Below are positions 39,723 to 49,979 of a DNA stretch of 64,000 nucleotides, piece after piece. The position numbers and the translations under genes are program-made. Position 1 is the stretch's first letter. The number at the start of each line of letters is the position of its first letter. The notes beneath the pieces are model-generated. The model searched no databases, had not been told where the DNA came from, and was given only the letters and a program-made list of their open reading frames with translations. Source of the DNA: a virus (taxonomy: Duplodnaviria; Heunggongvirae; Uroviricota; Caudoviricetes); the IMG/VR virus record IMGVR_UViG_3300029518_000200. One strand, written 5' to 3'.

Positions 39723-40235
39723 CTATTCTCTGAATGCTTTCTGCTGATGTTCATTGATAAAAGCAAATACTTTTTCATATTCACTTATGTCTCTTATTGC
39801 AAATGCCCTGTCGCTGCGGTCATTCCAGCAGTCAACTGTTACTGTACCTGTATGTAGTACCTTGTCTGCGAAACTGGTAATTTCCTTTACATGAGCAATG
39901 TCAATATATGGTTTCATTTCCACAGTTGTTGTGATGACACCTGATTTAATATAAACAGCTTTGTCTGTTACCATGTATTCTGTGCACCGTGCTTTCATCC
40001 ACATATAAAATGCATTACACAGATATATGCCGACAGGTATCAGCATAAACAGCATTGCATATAAGCCCCAGCTTTGAGGTTTGATACACTTTAAGAAATA
40101 ACGTAGAAATACTCCATATAAAATAAGAAGAATCAATGTTTTATTCAAAAATGCACACATAAGCACTTTTATAAGAGCCATTCTGCCCTGCCATAAAATG
40201 TTTTCGTCATTGTTCATTTTATTCTGTATTCGCAT
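39723..40235 (-). CDS. membrane protein with bacterial PH (bPH_2/YdbS-like) domain
   Basis: 2 TM helices, then a YMVTDKAVYIKSG...VTV pattern. Confidence 0.45.
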   Translation of the reverse strand: MRIQNKMNNDENILWQGRMALIKVLMCAFLNKTLILLILYGVFLRYFLKCIKPQSWGLYAMLFMLIPVGIYLCNAFYMWMKARCTEYMVTDKAVYIKSGVITTTVEMKPYIDIAHVKEITSFADKVLHTGTVTVDCWNDRSDRAFAIRDISEYEKVFAFINEHQQKAFRE

Positions 40236-40274
40236 AATACTTTCTCCTTCCAATATTTTCTATAAATATGGATT

Positions 40275-41897
40275 TCACAGTTTCTCATATAAATACTGAT
40301 TTTTGCCTTTGTATACCAGCTTATATTTTTCAGGATGTCCTGTAACATATCTATAAAGAGCGTCTGTTGTCGCTTTTACTACATAATATTTTGCATCAAG
40401 CTCATCAACAAGTTTTCCGTATTCCTCTGCTGTGTCTATTTCTTTTATTAGGCCTGTTTTTGTTGTAATACTTCTTTTAATTGTACTATAAGCCGGTAAT
40501 CCATATTCAATATGAACCTGCACACCAAGATTTGTTTCATCATAATCATTTGTGTCAGAGTAAGCAATTGTGTATAGCTCCGGTCTTGCATCCATGAGTA
40601 CTTTAATTCCCTTGTATTCATAATAATTGCCACTATCCCATTGGGTAAATACTCTGTCAGTATTATGTTCTTTTAAATATTCTGCTATTTTAATTTCGTC
40701 TTTGCTTATTGTAGCATTTGGAGTATTCAATGCCTCTTCTGTAGGTTTAAATTCTTTTGTTGAAACAACTGTAGTAATAACTATTAGTAAAAACAAAACA
40801 GCCATCATAAACGTACAGCCAATATAAAACCATTTGTATGCCAGACTTATTTTTACTTCTTTTAATTTTGTCGTTTCAAGATATTTAATAAAATCACTTA
40901 AAACAAACAGTATTCCTATAACATAAAATGACAGCCATTTTATTTGCAATGATATAAGGAGTGTAAATCCCAGATACATAAATATTGTTGAAAATTTAAT
41001 TCTTTTCTTATATATCATGGCTATAAATATCACAAATACCACTATAAATATCAAAAACAGTTCTATTGTTGGTTTCCCAAAGCTTAATGGCTGCTGCTCA
41101 ACTATTGTAATAAAACCGAATACATTATCATGTAAAACTTTAAATACATATAATATGGAATCAGCTCCATATGGATTAATAAAAAGAGATACTGCCATCA
41201 TTAACCATGTAATAAATATTGGTTTATACTGTTTCTTTTTAAAATTGTCGCATAAACTATTTGGAATTTTATCTTTAAATATTTTCTTCATTGGTATCAT
41301 ATACGGAAAAAACACTACATAATGCATTATCCAATATGAAGCATGAATATTTATCTCAATTAATGTGCATAATGGAATTATGAACAGATATTTTGTATTG
41401 CCTGTTTTTATCACTTTTTCTATGCAGATAATCTCCGTCATAATTAGAATAAATGTAAACATCTGAGGACGCAGGTTTATATATCCAAAGCAGATAAGTG
41501 TAATTGCTAACACAATAAGCGTTAATGTTTTATTCCAATTCGAACCTCTTATTTTTAAAAATGTATGCATCGTAAACATCATTCCAATAATGAAAGTTAA
41601 TTCTAATATGCACAGTCCAAGAGAACCTGCCAATTTACTCACTCCTGCTACTATTACACAGTACAGCCAGTTTTGTATCACTATATCCGGCAGTGATCCG
41701 CCCTTAAATGGTGCAAATACAAATGGGTTTGTATGCGGTATACCATGTTTTAAGATATATTTACCATTAGCAAGCAGATAATACAAATCCGTATCCGTAT
41801 AATCAGTGGTAAATATCATTATTATCGCAAACAGCATTATTAACTCCATTGCAAAGAGCAATTTATCTGCATTTATTTTCTTTAATTTATTTTTCAT
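40275..41897 (-). CDS. large polytopic membrane protein, GT-C/YfhO- or GtrC-like glycosyltransferase candidate
   Basis: more than 10 TM helices; overlaps the stop of the upstream GT2 gene. Confidence 0.5.
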   Translation of the reverse strand: MKNKLKKINADKLLFAMELIMLFAIIMIFTTDYTDTDLYYLLANGKYILKHGIPHTNPFVFAPFKGGSLPDIVIQNWLYCVIVAGVSKLAGSLGLCILELTFIIGMMFTMHTFLKIRGSNWNKTLTLIVLAITLICFGYINLRPQMFTFILIMTEIICIEKVIKTGNTKYLFIIPLCTLIEINIHASYWIMHYVVFFPYMIPMKKIFKDKIPNSLCDNFKKKQYKPIFITWLMMAVSLFINPYGADSILYVFKVLHDNVFGFITIVEQQPLSFGKPTIELFLIFIVVFVIFIAMIYKKRIKFSTIFMYLGFTLLISLQIKWLSFYVIGILFVLSDFIKYLETTKLKEVKISLAYKWFYIGCTFMMAVLFLLIVITTVVSTKEFKPTEEALNTPNATISKDEIKIAEYLKEHNTDRVFTQWDSGNYYEYKGIKVLMDARPELYTIAYSDTNDYDETNLGVQVHIEYGLPAYSTIKRSITTKTGLIKEIDTAEEYGKLVDELDAKYYVVKATTDALYRYVTGHPEKYKLVYKGKNQYLYEKL

Positions 41898-42873
41898 TTA
41901 TCCTGCATTCCTTATCTTTTTCCATAAATTTTATTCTAAAATTTTGTCTCTGTCTTACATTGTCACTCTCCTGTATCTGGCCTACAAAGAAAGCTGTAAT
42001 TCCTGCCAACATTAAAAAACATCCTGCTATTAATGTAGGGAACCTCTTTACAAGTCCTGTTTCAAAGTATTCAACAAAGACTGGGACATTAAACAATATT
42101 CCTGCAGCAAATAATATAATGCTTATCAGTCCATAGAATTTAAGAGGCTTGTACAGCCATATCATCATAAAAAGCTGTTTTAAAACTCTTATTCCATCAG
42201 AAATCGTCTGAAGTTTTGACTCGCTTCCTGCTATCCTGTCATGATATTCAATTTTAACATCTGCTGTAGGTATTTTGTTTGCAGCTGCATGTATATTCAT
42301 TTCTGTTTCAATAGAAAATCCTTCTGAAAGAACAGGGAATGTTTTTACAAATCTGTATGAAAACATTCTAAAGCCTGAAAGAATATCCTTGTAATTCTTA
42401 TTAAACATTTTATTGATACTGTTTTTCATAAGCTTGTTTCCAAAATTATGAAACCGTCTTTTATTTTCAGTAAAATAGCTTGTTGACAATCTGTCACCTG
42501 TAACCATGTCAGCCCGACCATTTACAATCATTTCATACATTTCTATGAAACTCTCTACTCCATATGTATTATCACCATCAATCATGCAATAAGCTCTTGC
42601 ATCAATTTCCATAAAAGCCTGCCTGATAACATTTCCCTTGCCCTGTTCAAAACACTGATTGACAGAAACATTAATATCTTTGTTCAGACAGCTCCATTCT
42701 TTTGTTTTTTCAACGGTATTATCTGTTGAATTATTGTCATAAACCCATATGCCAATATCCAGTGGACCATATATTTGATTAAGTTTTACTATTGCAGGCT
42801 TAAGCTGCGTTAGTGTGTCCATAATACTAAGTGCCTCATTATAGCATGGTATTATAACTGCTAAATCTGTCAC
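41887..42873 (-). CDS. GT2 polyprenol-phosphate glycosyltransferase (GtrB/CsbB-like)
   Basis: IIPCYNE, DGDNTY (DxD), two C-terminal TM helices. Confidence 0.7.
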   Translation of the reverse strand: MTDLAVIIPCYNEALSIMDTLTQLKPAIVKLNQIYGPLDIGIWVYDNNSTDNTVEKTKEWSCLNKDINVSVNQCFEQGKGNVIRQAFMEIDARAYCMIDGDNTYGVESFIEMYEMIVNGRADMVTGDRLSTSYFTENKRRFHNFGNKLMKNSINKMFNKNYKDILSGFRMFSYRFVKTFPVLSEGFSIETEMNIHAAANKIPTADVKIEYHDRIAGSESKLQTISDGIRVLKQLFMMIWLYKPLKFYGLISIILFAAGILFNVPVFVEYFETGLVKRFPTLIAGCFLMLAGITAFFVGQIQESDNVRQRQNFRIKFMEKDKECRINEK

Positions 42874-42982
42874 TATTTTTTCTCCTTTTTAAATTTTCTT
42901 ATACGATAAATATGGTTTTTAATAAATACACGATAATAATTGCACGCTTAAAGTTTTGCATGTAGTCTGTACGTATAAAAAG

Positions 42983-43075
42983 GTATCATATTTAAAATTG
43001 ATACTATATTTGTTTTTAGTATCATAATTAAAAATGATACGTTTTATATGTAAGTATCATATTTAGAATTGATAC
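42983..43075 (+). promoter_or_regulatory. three GTATCA-N10-TGATAC palindromes (42983-43004, 43019-43040, 43054-43075) directly upstream of an extended -10 element (tgatataat, 43089-43097)
   Basis: read directly. Confidence 0.7.
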
Positions 43076-43128
43076 GTATTACTGCTTATGATATAATACA
43101 CATATAATATAGAAAGTGAGGACCTGTA

Positions 43129-43632
43129 ATGCCAAAACCTGTTGATGTAGCTGCATGGGATTTTACAAAGAAAATGGAAAATCTTGCAAAAGAAAATGAT
43201 ATATATGCGGTTTGCCTGCATTATAATATAAAAGATAATTCCATTAATCAAAAGCAAAATGAAATATCATATAACATCCTAAAAGATTTATGCGCAAATG
43301 TAGGAGTTAATTTATCAGTATCAGATGATGAACTTTTTCTAAATATTGATGCTGAAAAGTATGTGGCCGTAACACGTCAAACAGCTGGACGCCCAGCAAA
43401 TATTATTTTTAAAGATGATGCTTATTCTGTATATTCATATGCTGATATTCTATACATGAAAAATCAAGGCATGACAGATAATGATGTTGCTAAGAAAATA
43501 AACATGCCAATAGCAACTTTCAAACGTCACAAAAAGAAAATGATGTCATCTGTCTTTGTAAAACGACTGGATAATGGCAAGCTGAATGATATGGAATATT
43601 TAAACAGTCAACTTGAAGGCTTGTCATTCTAA
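43129..43632 (+). CDS. putative DNA-binding protein with a C-terminal helix-turn-helix
   Basis: C-terminal block GMTDNDVAKKINMPIATFKRHKKK; terminator downstream. Confidence 0.45.
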   Translation: MPKPVDVAAWDFTKKMENLAKENDIYAVCLHYNIKDNSINQKQNEISYNILKDLCANVGVNLSVSDDELFLNIDAEKYVAVTRQTAGRPANIIFKDDAYSVYSYADILYMKNQGMTDNDVAKKINMPIATFKRHKKKMMSSVFVKRLDNGKLNDMEYLNSQLEGLSF

Positions 43633-43707
43633 AGTATCTGCCTAAAAATGTGCCCAGATTGGGCAGATAAATAAAAAGAGTACCCAGAACGGATACTCTT
43701 TTTTTTG

Positions 43708-43866
43708 TTTATTCTTTTATGAAAGCTGTATGTTTTCCTGCATGTTCGCAGTTATTACTGCAAACAAGACATCTTTCTTCATACGGCTTCATTCTGGCAT
43801 AATTACAGTACATGCCGGGATTTTCCCGTTGACTATATATATCAGGAACTAACGTTACTTTCTTCA
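43708..43866 (-). CDS. small zinc-ribbon protein (52 aa)
   Basis: SD ataggagg; CxxC..CxxxC; co-transcribed with 43877-44302. Confidence 0.3.
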
Positions 43867-43876
43867 TGGCAGCCTC

Positions 43877-44302
43877 CTATGCAATAAAGTCAAACTTTAC
43901 GCCGCCGACTTTACCCTTTTGAGTTTCTGGATTAAAGTTTTCAATTACCAGAAATTCATCTACTCGGCAGATCCCTGTTTCAAGTTCCCTGTCATTGAAT
44001 GACTCTAAGAAATCTTTACAGTTGCCATCATATATCTCATCGTATTCAGTAGCTAATGGCTCTTCACTGTCACCATATATGATAATATCTTCATTGTCCA
44101 AAATCTTCTGTTTTGGATTTTTAAGTCTTACTACATAGTCACCGTTTATATCATGCTGAAGATGTTCATACGTAACAAGTATATCTGACTTGGACATATG
44201 CACCGGAAAGTCAAAAAATAAAGAATTTAACTCTGTATCATATTTTTTATACTCTGACATTACATGCTCATATAATTCCTGCGGATTTTTTATTATTTCC
44301 AT
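43877..44302 (-). CDS. hypothetical protein
   Basis: start at MEIIKN after SD ggagag; preceded by the 59-bp hairpin element. Confidence 0.45.
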   Translation of the reverse strand: MEIIKNPQELYEHVMSEYKKYDTELNSLFFDFPVHMSKSDILVTYEHLQHDINGDYVVRLKNPKQKILDNEDIIIYGDSEEPLATEYDEIYDGNCKDFLESFNDRELETGICRVDEFLVIENFNPETQKGKVGGVKFDFIA

Positions 44303-44369
44303 ATTTCTCTCCATTCTACCTGCCCGCAAAGGACAGGATTTAAAAACCCATGCCCTTATCGGACAATTA

Positions 44370-44630
44370 TCATAATACAAACCTTACAATTCCAAGATTT
44401 TTAGGAAGTTTCATAAACTCACCTATTCCGCCATGCAATATTTTTCTGGCTTCTGCTTTCGTATATCCAAGATTATCACACCAGTCTGAGCAAAAATCCT
44501 CCCAGTCAGAATACCATGCGCAGATTTCAGGATTAATATTATATCGTCTGGCATGTTTTTCAATTTTCTCTTTAAGCTCATCTGTTACAGTGATATATCC
44601 AGACAGATATTTTACACTTTTTGGGTCCAT
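44370..44630 (-). CDS. hypothetical protein
   Basis: preceded by the second copy of the 59-bp hairpin element. Confidence 0.45.
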   Translation of the reverse strand: MDPKSVKYLSGYITVTDELKEKIEKHARRYNINPEICAWYSDWEDFCSDWCDNLGYTKAEARKILHGGIGEFMKLPKNLGIVRFVL

Positions 44631-44702
44631 ATTTTCTCCATTCTACCTGCCCATAAAGGGCAGGATTTAAAAACCCATGCTCTTATCGGACAAGTTTACA
44701 TG

Positions 44703-46835
44703 TTATTCCCCTATCATCTCAAGGAATTCATCCTCAGAAATAATAGGCACGCCAAGCTCCTTAGCTTTCTTATTCTTTCCTGATGTACTTTCTACATCAT
44801 TATTAATAAGATAGCAAGTCTTTCCTGTTACAGATCCAGTCGCTTTGCCACCCATTTCTTCAATTTTCGCCTGCAGTTCTGCACGGTTCTTAAAGTGATT
44901 GACTGAGCCGGTAATGGCAAACGTTTTGCCGGAAAGAATATCTTTGCCAGCAGATACATCTGCTTCTGCTGGAACCTCGACATCAATCCATCTGAGCAGG
45001 TCATAAACCTCGGGGTTATTTGAGATTCTCCACATCTCATCCAGCAAATCCTTCTCAAATGGAATCCATCCAAGATACCTGCTGCCCCAGTCCCAGAGAC
45101 TGAGCTCAATTTTTTCTCCAATTCCATCTATATCTGTAAAAGTTTTACGATTATAAACATCGTTGAAAAACTTCTTGACATTACCTTTATAGGCCTTATC
45201 GAACAGTTTAGCCTGTCCTTTTCCTACCATAGGAATGCCAAGCGCATGAATGAATGGCACAAATGTTGTCTTACGGCTTATCTGAATTGATTTCCAAATA
45301 TTGTCATATGATTTCTGTCCAAAACCATCCATTGCAGCAATGTTACGCTCAAAAGTATCAAGTCTGTACAGATCTGCAAGCTGCTTAATGAAGCCCTTTT
45401 CAATGAATTTCTCAAGGGTTTTCTCTGACAGACCGACAATATCCATGCAGTCTCTCTCGCAGAAATGTACGAATTTCTTAACCTGCTTTACAGCACAGTT
45501 AGGATTTGTACACATCTCTACTTCAACGTCTCTGTCACCAGAATGTGTAATCATTGGCGATGTTTCCATGCCGCATACCGGACATGTACATGCATGAGAC
45601 TCAGCGTAAGTAAGTTCATCTCCCGGTGTTAGATTCTTATCAATACATGGAATTATCTTATTCGCTTTGAACACTGAAATCTTATCACCGACTCTCAGAC
45701 GCAGTTTCTTGACGATTGATACGTTATGTACGCTCGCTCTTGTAACTGTAGTGCCTTCAAGTTGTACCGGATCAAAGACTGCAACAGGATTAATACGTCC
45801 CGTTCTGCTAGGAGACCATTCAATTTCTCTCAAAGTAGTTTCAACGCACTCATCTGCCCACTTGAAAGCAAAGCCTGTGAGTCTGTTAGGATGATGTCCT
45901 GTAACAGGAAGTGCATCAGCAGTTTTATAATCATCCGATGCAACGACAAGTCCGTCTACAGGATAATCCAGTGTCTCTACTCTGTCAGAGAAACTATTCA
46001 TAACATTGATAATCTGATCCGGTAAATCTGAATCTACATCTGGATTGCTTGAATAAGCTCTTGCAAGTTCATGCTCCACAACACCAAAGCCAAGTCTCTC
46101 AAGCAGTGTCAGTGCGCCAAAAAATGTTGCCGGTACCTCAATCTTGTCATCAGCAGCAGGCTCCATATAAACAAGCTTAAAAGCTTTAAATATAACCTTT
46201 CTGCCTTTAAGTCCCGGTTCCTTCATAGTGATAGTAGAATTTGCAAGATTACGAGGATTTGAATATTCTTCTTCACCTTCTTCCAGATTTGAATTAATTC
46301 TTTCAAATTCTGAATAGGTCATCAGCGCTTCTCCTCTTACTATAAGTTTTCCTTTGAAACCTATGGTCATAGGAATACCTTCGATGTAAGACGCTTGATA
46401 AGTCATATCACTTCCAATCTCACCATTTCCTCGAGTGACGGCCTGTACAAGTCGTCCGCAGCCACCATTTCTGCTACCATCATAGGTTAAACAAAGCGTA
46501 CAACCATCGAGTTTGTGCATTACAACACAGTCTCCACTGGCCGCTTTTGAAAAGACTTTTGGAAATTCGTAAATGTCCTTTGTCTTATCAAGTGACAGTG
46601 CCGGAAACTCATGTCTTACCTTTTTAAGACCATTTCCGCCAATCTCATCTGCACCAACTTTTGATGTAGGTGAATCTGGCAGAATAATTCCTGTCTCTTC
46701 CTCAAGCTGTGCAAGCTGATCAAACATTGTATCCCATTCATGGTTTGACATAATTTCGTCTTTGCCATTGTAGTAGGCATTTGATGCTTCATTTAACTTG
46801 TTAACCAGTTCCTTCATTCTTAGTGTTTTGTCCAT
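44703..46835 (-). CDS. ligA: NAD+-dependent DNA ligase (LigA) with C-terminal BRCT
   Basis: full-length match to the LigA architecture (adenylation, OB, Zn-finger CxxC, HhH, BRCT). Confidence 0.85.
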   Translation of the reverse strand: MDKTLRMKELVNKLNEASNAYYNGKDEIMSNHEWDTMFDQLAQLEEETGIILPDSPTSKVGADEIGGNGLKKVRHEFPALSLDKTKDIYEFPKVFSKAASGDCVVMHKLDGCTLCLTYDGSRNGGCGRLVQAVTRGNGEIGSDMTYQASYIEGIPMTIGFKGKLIVRGEALMTYSEFERINSNLEEGEEEYSNPRNLANSTITMKEPGLKGRKVIFKAFKLVYMEPAADDKIEVPATFFGALTLLERLGFGVVEHELARAYSSNPDVDSDLPDQIINVMNSFSDRVETLDYPVDGLVVASDDYKTADALPVTGHHPNRLTGFAFKWADECVETTLREIEWSPSRTGRINPVAVFDPVQLEGTTVTRASVHNVSIVKKLRLRVGDKISVFKANKIIPCIDKNLTPGDELTYAESHACTCPVCGMETSPMITHSGDRDVEVEMCTNPNCAVKQVKKFVHFCERDCMDIVGLSEKTLEKFIEKGFIKQLADLYRLDTFERNIAAMDGFGQKSYDNIWKSIQISRKTTFVPFIHALGIPMVGKGQAKLFDKAYKGNVKKFFNDVYNRKTFTDIDGIGEKIELSLWDWGSRYLGWIPFEKDLLDEMWRISNNPEVYDLLRWIDVEVPAEADVSAGKDILSGKTFAITGSVNHFKNRAELQAKIEEMGGKATGSVTGKTCYLINNDVESTSGKNKKAKELGVPIISEDEFLEMIGE

Positions 46836-46946
46836 AGTGTTTTCCTCCTTTATTTTATTTATATATGAACATTATAAAGATGGATTTTCTACGCAAAAGA
46901 AAAGGACACTTCAATGTTAAAATGTCCTTTGTAAAGTTTACTATCT

Positions 46947-47450
46947 TTAGAGCAACCCATGATCTTCACAGTAATCCTGCATATGGTCAGCAGTTTCATC
47001 ACCCATATACTTTCTTACCATGTCAACATTAATGCCAGACTCCAGCATATTTTCATATACTTCAGTCTCGTCAACGCTGTGTTCAACTGCATCGTTGAAC
47101 CTTGACTGGATCTCAGCAACCATGTCGGCATCCTGCTCCGTTTCCAGCCACATCATATGATTATCGCCAACAAGTGAGCAGGTAAACAGGATTTCATTGC
47201 CATTTTCATCATAGACAACCATGTCCTCATCACAGCTCTTTAGAAAATTCATTAATCTCTTAACTGTGATTTTATTCTTGCCCGAGCATGATGCCTGTAA
47301 GAAAAGCTTTTTCGGCATTGGAATAAATATGAAAGCTGATTTTTGCATGCCAGACAAATATGCCTCACTGTGAGGTCCGCCAAAGCGAATAACTGCATCT
47401 GCTTCTAAAGTAAGATTATTGATGTGTTCTTTTATTGTTTTTACTGTCAT
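46947..47450 (-). CDS. hypothetical acidic protein
   Basis: class-A cassette. Confidence 0.5.
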   Translation of the reverse strand: MTVKTIKEHINNLTLEADAVIRFGGPHSEAYLSGMQKSAFIFIPMPKKLFLQASCSGKNKITVKRLMNFLKSCDEDMVVYDENGNEILFTCSLVGDNHMMWLETEQDADMVAEIQSRFNDAVEHSVDETEVYENMLESGINVDMVRKYMGDETADHMQDYCEDHGLL

Positions 47451-47550
47451 AATTTTCCTCCTTTATATTGTTTTATTTATATATGACATTATAAAAATGG
47501 ATTTCACACAAAAGAAAGACATCTCAATATTGAGACGTCTTTTTCTTTGT

Positions 47551-48513
47551 TTACTCGGTAACTTTGATTCCAGTACATTCATAAAAAATGTCTGGATCAA
47601 AATTTGGAATACTTTTAATTATCTGTTTATTACAATCAGATAACTCGTTCCACCACAACTGACCACATTCAGATTCATCAAGTACCTTGAGATAACCGCC
47701 CATTGTTTCATATGTTGGGTATGCTGTCTTTTCTTCATCAGTCATATCTTCTTCATCTACCCATTCAACAACATCCTTTGGTATCTGATTCAGTAAATCT
47801 CTTGCATCTGAATTTATCCATTCACGATATGTTATATCTGACGGCTTATTGAACAACATGATTTTCTGTTCCTCTGTATTGAAACAACCAGTATTAAAAG
47901 ACGATTTGTTCCAGTCCCCAGTGTTGTAGTCCCCAGTGTTACCGTATCCGGTGTTGTAGTATCCGGTGTTACAATTCCCAGTGTTCCAGTCACCAGTGTT
48001 CATGCTTCCGGTGTTCCTATCCCCGACGTTGCAGTTCCCGGTGTTGTTGTTCCCAGTGTTCCTGTCACCAGTGTTACAGTCCCCGGTGTTGTAGTATCTG
48101 GTGTTGCAGTCCCCGGTGTTGTAGTATCCGGTGTTGTAGTCTCCGGTGTTGTAGTATCCGGTGTTGTAGTCCCCGGTGTTGCAGCGGCCTGTACAATTCT
48201 TTCCAGTATTGACGATTCGCAACACTTCATCCCACGGAATTTCACGCACGATTTCTAGTTTGTCAGTGCATGACTTATCACCGTCTGTTCTTACCTCACC
48301 ATAGGCAATGACTTCTGCAACCTTGTTTTCACTGTTGAAACTGTAATAATTGAAACAGTCGGCAGCAGTTTGACAGAAATGCATACCGTGACTGCAAATA
48401 TCAAGTTCTCCTTCTTCCTCAAATTTTCCGGGGCAAGTGTACTGCTTAGTATGCCCATTAGGTGAACAAGTCCAATCTGAATGGAACACTTTAAATCCTT
48501 TTACTTTTGCCAT
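47551..48513 (-). CDS. protein with about 28 tandem NTGxx pentapeptide repeats (NTGDY/NTGYY/NTGNC...) after a Cys-rich N-terminal domain
   Basis: 15-nt DNA periodicity at 47880-48190; start at MAKVKG after an SD. Confidence 0.55.
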   Translation of the reverse strand: MAKVKGFKVFHSDWTCSPNGHTKQYTCPGKFEEEGELDICSHGMHFCQTAADCFNYYSFNSENKVAEVIAYGEVRTDGDKSCTDKLEIVREIPWDEVLRIVNTGKNCTGRCNTGDYNTGYYNTGDYNTGYYNTGDCNTRYYNTGDCNTGDRNTGNNNTGNCNVGDRNTGSMNTGDWNTGNCNTGYYNTGYGNTGDYNTGDWNKSSFNTGCFNTEEQKIMLFNKPSDITYREWINSDARDLLNQIPKDVVEWVDEEDMTDEEKTAYPTYETMGGYLKVLDESECGQLWWNELSDCNKQIIKSIPNFDPDIFYECTGIKVTE

Positions 48514-48565
48514 AATATTTTCCTCCTTTATATTGTTTTTATATATGACAAAACAAAGATGGATT

Positions 48566-49156
48566 TTATAGCCTAAAAATACTGCTATTTTCGCATACCC
48601 ATATATCAAGATTCATTTCACCGTTATATGTTCTTGCGACATTTTTCATTGTCTCGAAATTCTCATCTGAATAATACACAAGCTTCACCGTTGTTAGCGT
48701 GCTTTCCGGATGTTTTGAAAAATAATCTTTTACTGCCTGTAATGAAATATAGTCAGCTTTCTCAACGGGAAAATGATAAACTCCTGTAGATATTGATGGA
48801 AATGCAATACTCTCAAATTTATGTCTGCCCGCAAGTACCAAGGCATTCATATAACAGTTATAAAGTTGTTTAACCTTTTCTTCTTTTGCTTTATCTGATA
48901 AATTGTCTTTCCATATTGGACCTACTGTATGAATAATTCCTTTGCATAAAAGATTGTATGCACCTGTCAGCTTAACTTCTGCTATCTGGCATCCGCCAAG
49001 TGTTCTGCATTCTGCTAATAATCCTGGTCCTGCAGCTCTATGAATTGCTCCGTCTACACCGCCACCGCCAAGCAGAGTGCTGTTTGCTGCATTAACAATT
49101 ACATCCACATCATTTAGCTGCGTAATATCTGTTTTTTGTAAAAATACTGTCTGCAT
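48566..49156 (-). CDS. macro-domain (ADP-ribose binding/processing) protein
   Basis: VIVNAANSTLLGGGGVDGAIHRAAG. Confidence 0.75.
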   Translation of the reverse strand: MQTVFLQKTDITQLNDVDVIVNAANSTLLGGGGVDGAIHRAAGPGLLAECRTLGGCQIAEVKLTGAYNLLCKGIIHTVGPIWKDNLSDKAKEEKVKQLYNCYMNALVLAGRHKFESIAFPSISTGVYHFPVEKADYISLQAVKDYFSKHPESTLTTVKLVYYSDENFETMKNVARTYNGEMNLDIWVCENSSIFRL

Positions 49157-49254
49157 AATTAATTCCTTTCTTACATGTATTACTTATATAGTATTTAAAA
49201 TCTTCGATTTGTCCCAAAAGAAAAGCAGGAAAATTAATTCCTGCCAGTCTTTGT

Positions 49255-49872
49255 TTACGCAACATTATTTTTAAATTTTTCAAGACGTTTCTTACTACTT
49301 TCTCTCAGGTCAATTCCCTCGATAAGCTCATCGAGCAGGTCCCATCCAGTATTGCCTATCAGATTCCATGGTTTATCAAGCAAAAATCCTCTGATTGAAT
49401 TAAGCGCCTCTGCTGCCGTTGCTGCACAGTCGAGCTTTTCTTTAACAATGTCTATGTCAAGAACATCGTAAGCATCATCATCTTCTGTAATAATGACCGT
49501 GTCTGATTCAAGTTCCAAACAACTATCACATTCAACAATGTCATACACTGTAAGTTCATCAACGCCCATGTTGTCTTTTATCTCATTTGCTGCCTTTTCT
49601 GATAAAAACTCTGGAAGTGGACACATTGACAACTCAATATGTACATCGTTATGTCCTTCTTCACCCTCTCCAATAAACTGACCTAAAGCCGTTGCTCTGA
49701 TTATCAGTTTATAAGTAAACGGTTTATAAGCCTCATCGTCAGAATGATAAGTTTTCTTGGACTGAAAGATAGCAAATCCATCATCGTTGTATAACTCCTC
49801 AAACTTATCCAAAAGCTCTATTTTCTGCGCTGCCTCAAAAGATACTGCTCCAAAACTTAATACATCTGCCAT
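49255..49872 (-). CDS. hypothetical strongly acidic protein
   Basis: class-A cassette. Confidence 0.5.
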   Translation of the reverse strand: MADVLSFGAVSFEAAQKIELLDKFEELYNDDGFAIFQSKKTYHSDDEAYKPFTYKLIIRATALGQFIGEGEEGHNDVHIELSMCPLPEFLSEKAANEIKDNMGVDELTVYDIVECDSCLELESDTVIITEDDDAYDVLDIDIVKEKLDCAATAAEALNSIRGFLLDKPWNLIGNTGWDLLDELIEGIDLRESSKKRLEKFKNNVA

Positions 49873-49979
49873 AATATCATCCTCCTTTGTTTTTTTATTT
49901 TTTTTGATAAATATAGCAATATAAATATGAGTTTTGAAACATTAAAAGACACCTGACATATTATCAGGCGCCCATTATT

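Noticed and set aside
47880-48190. Non-coding 15-bp tandem repeat
   Set aside because: It lies in frame within ORF 47551-48513 and encodes the NTGxx pentapeptide repeats, so it is coding.
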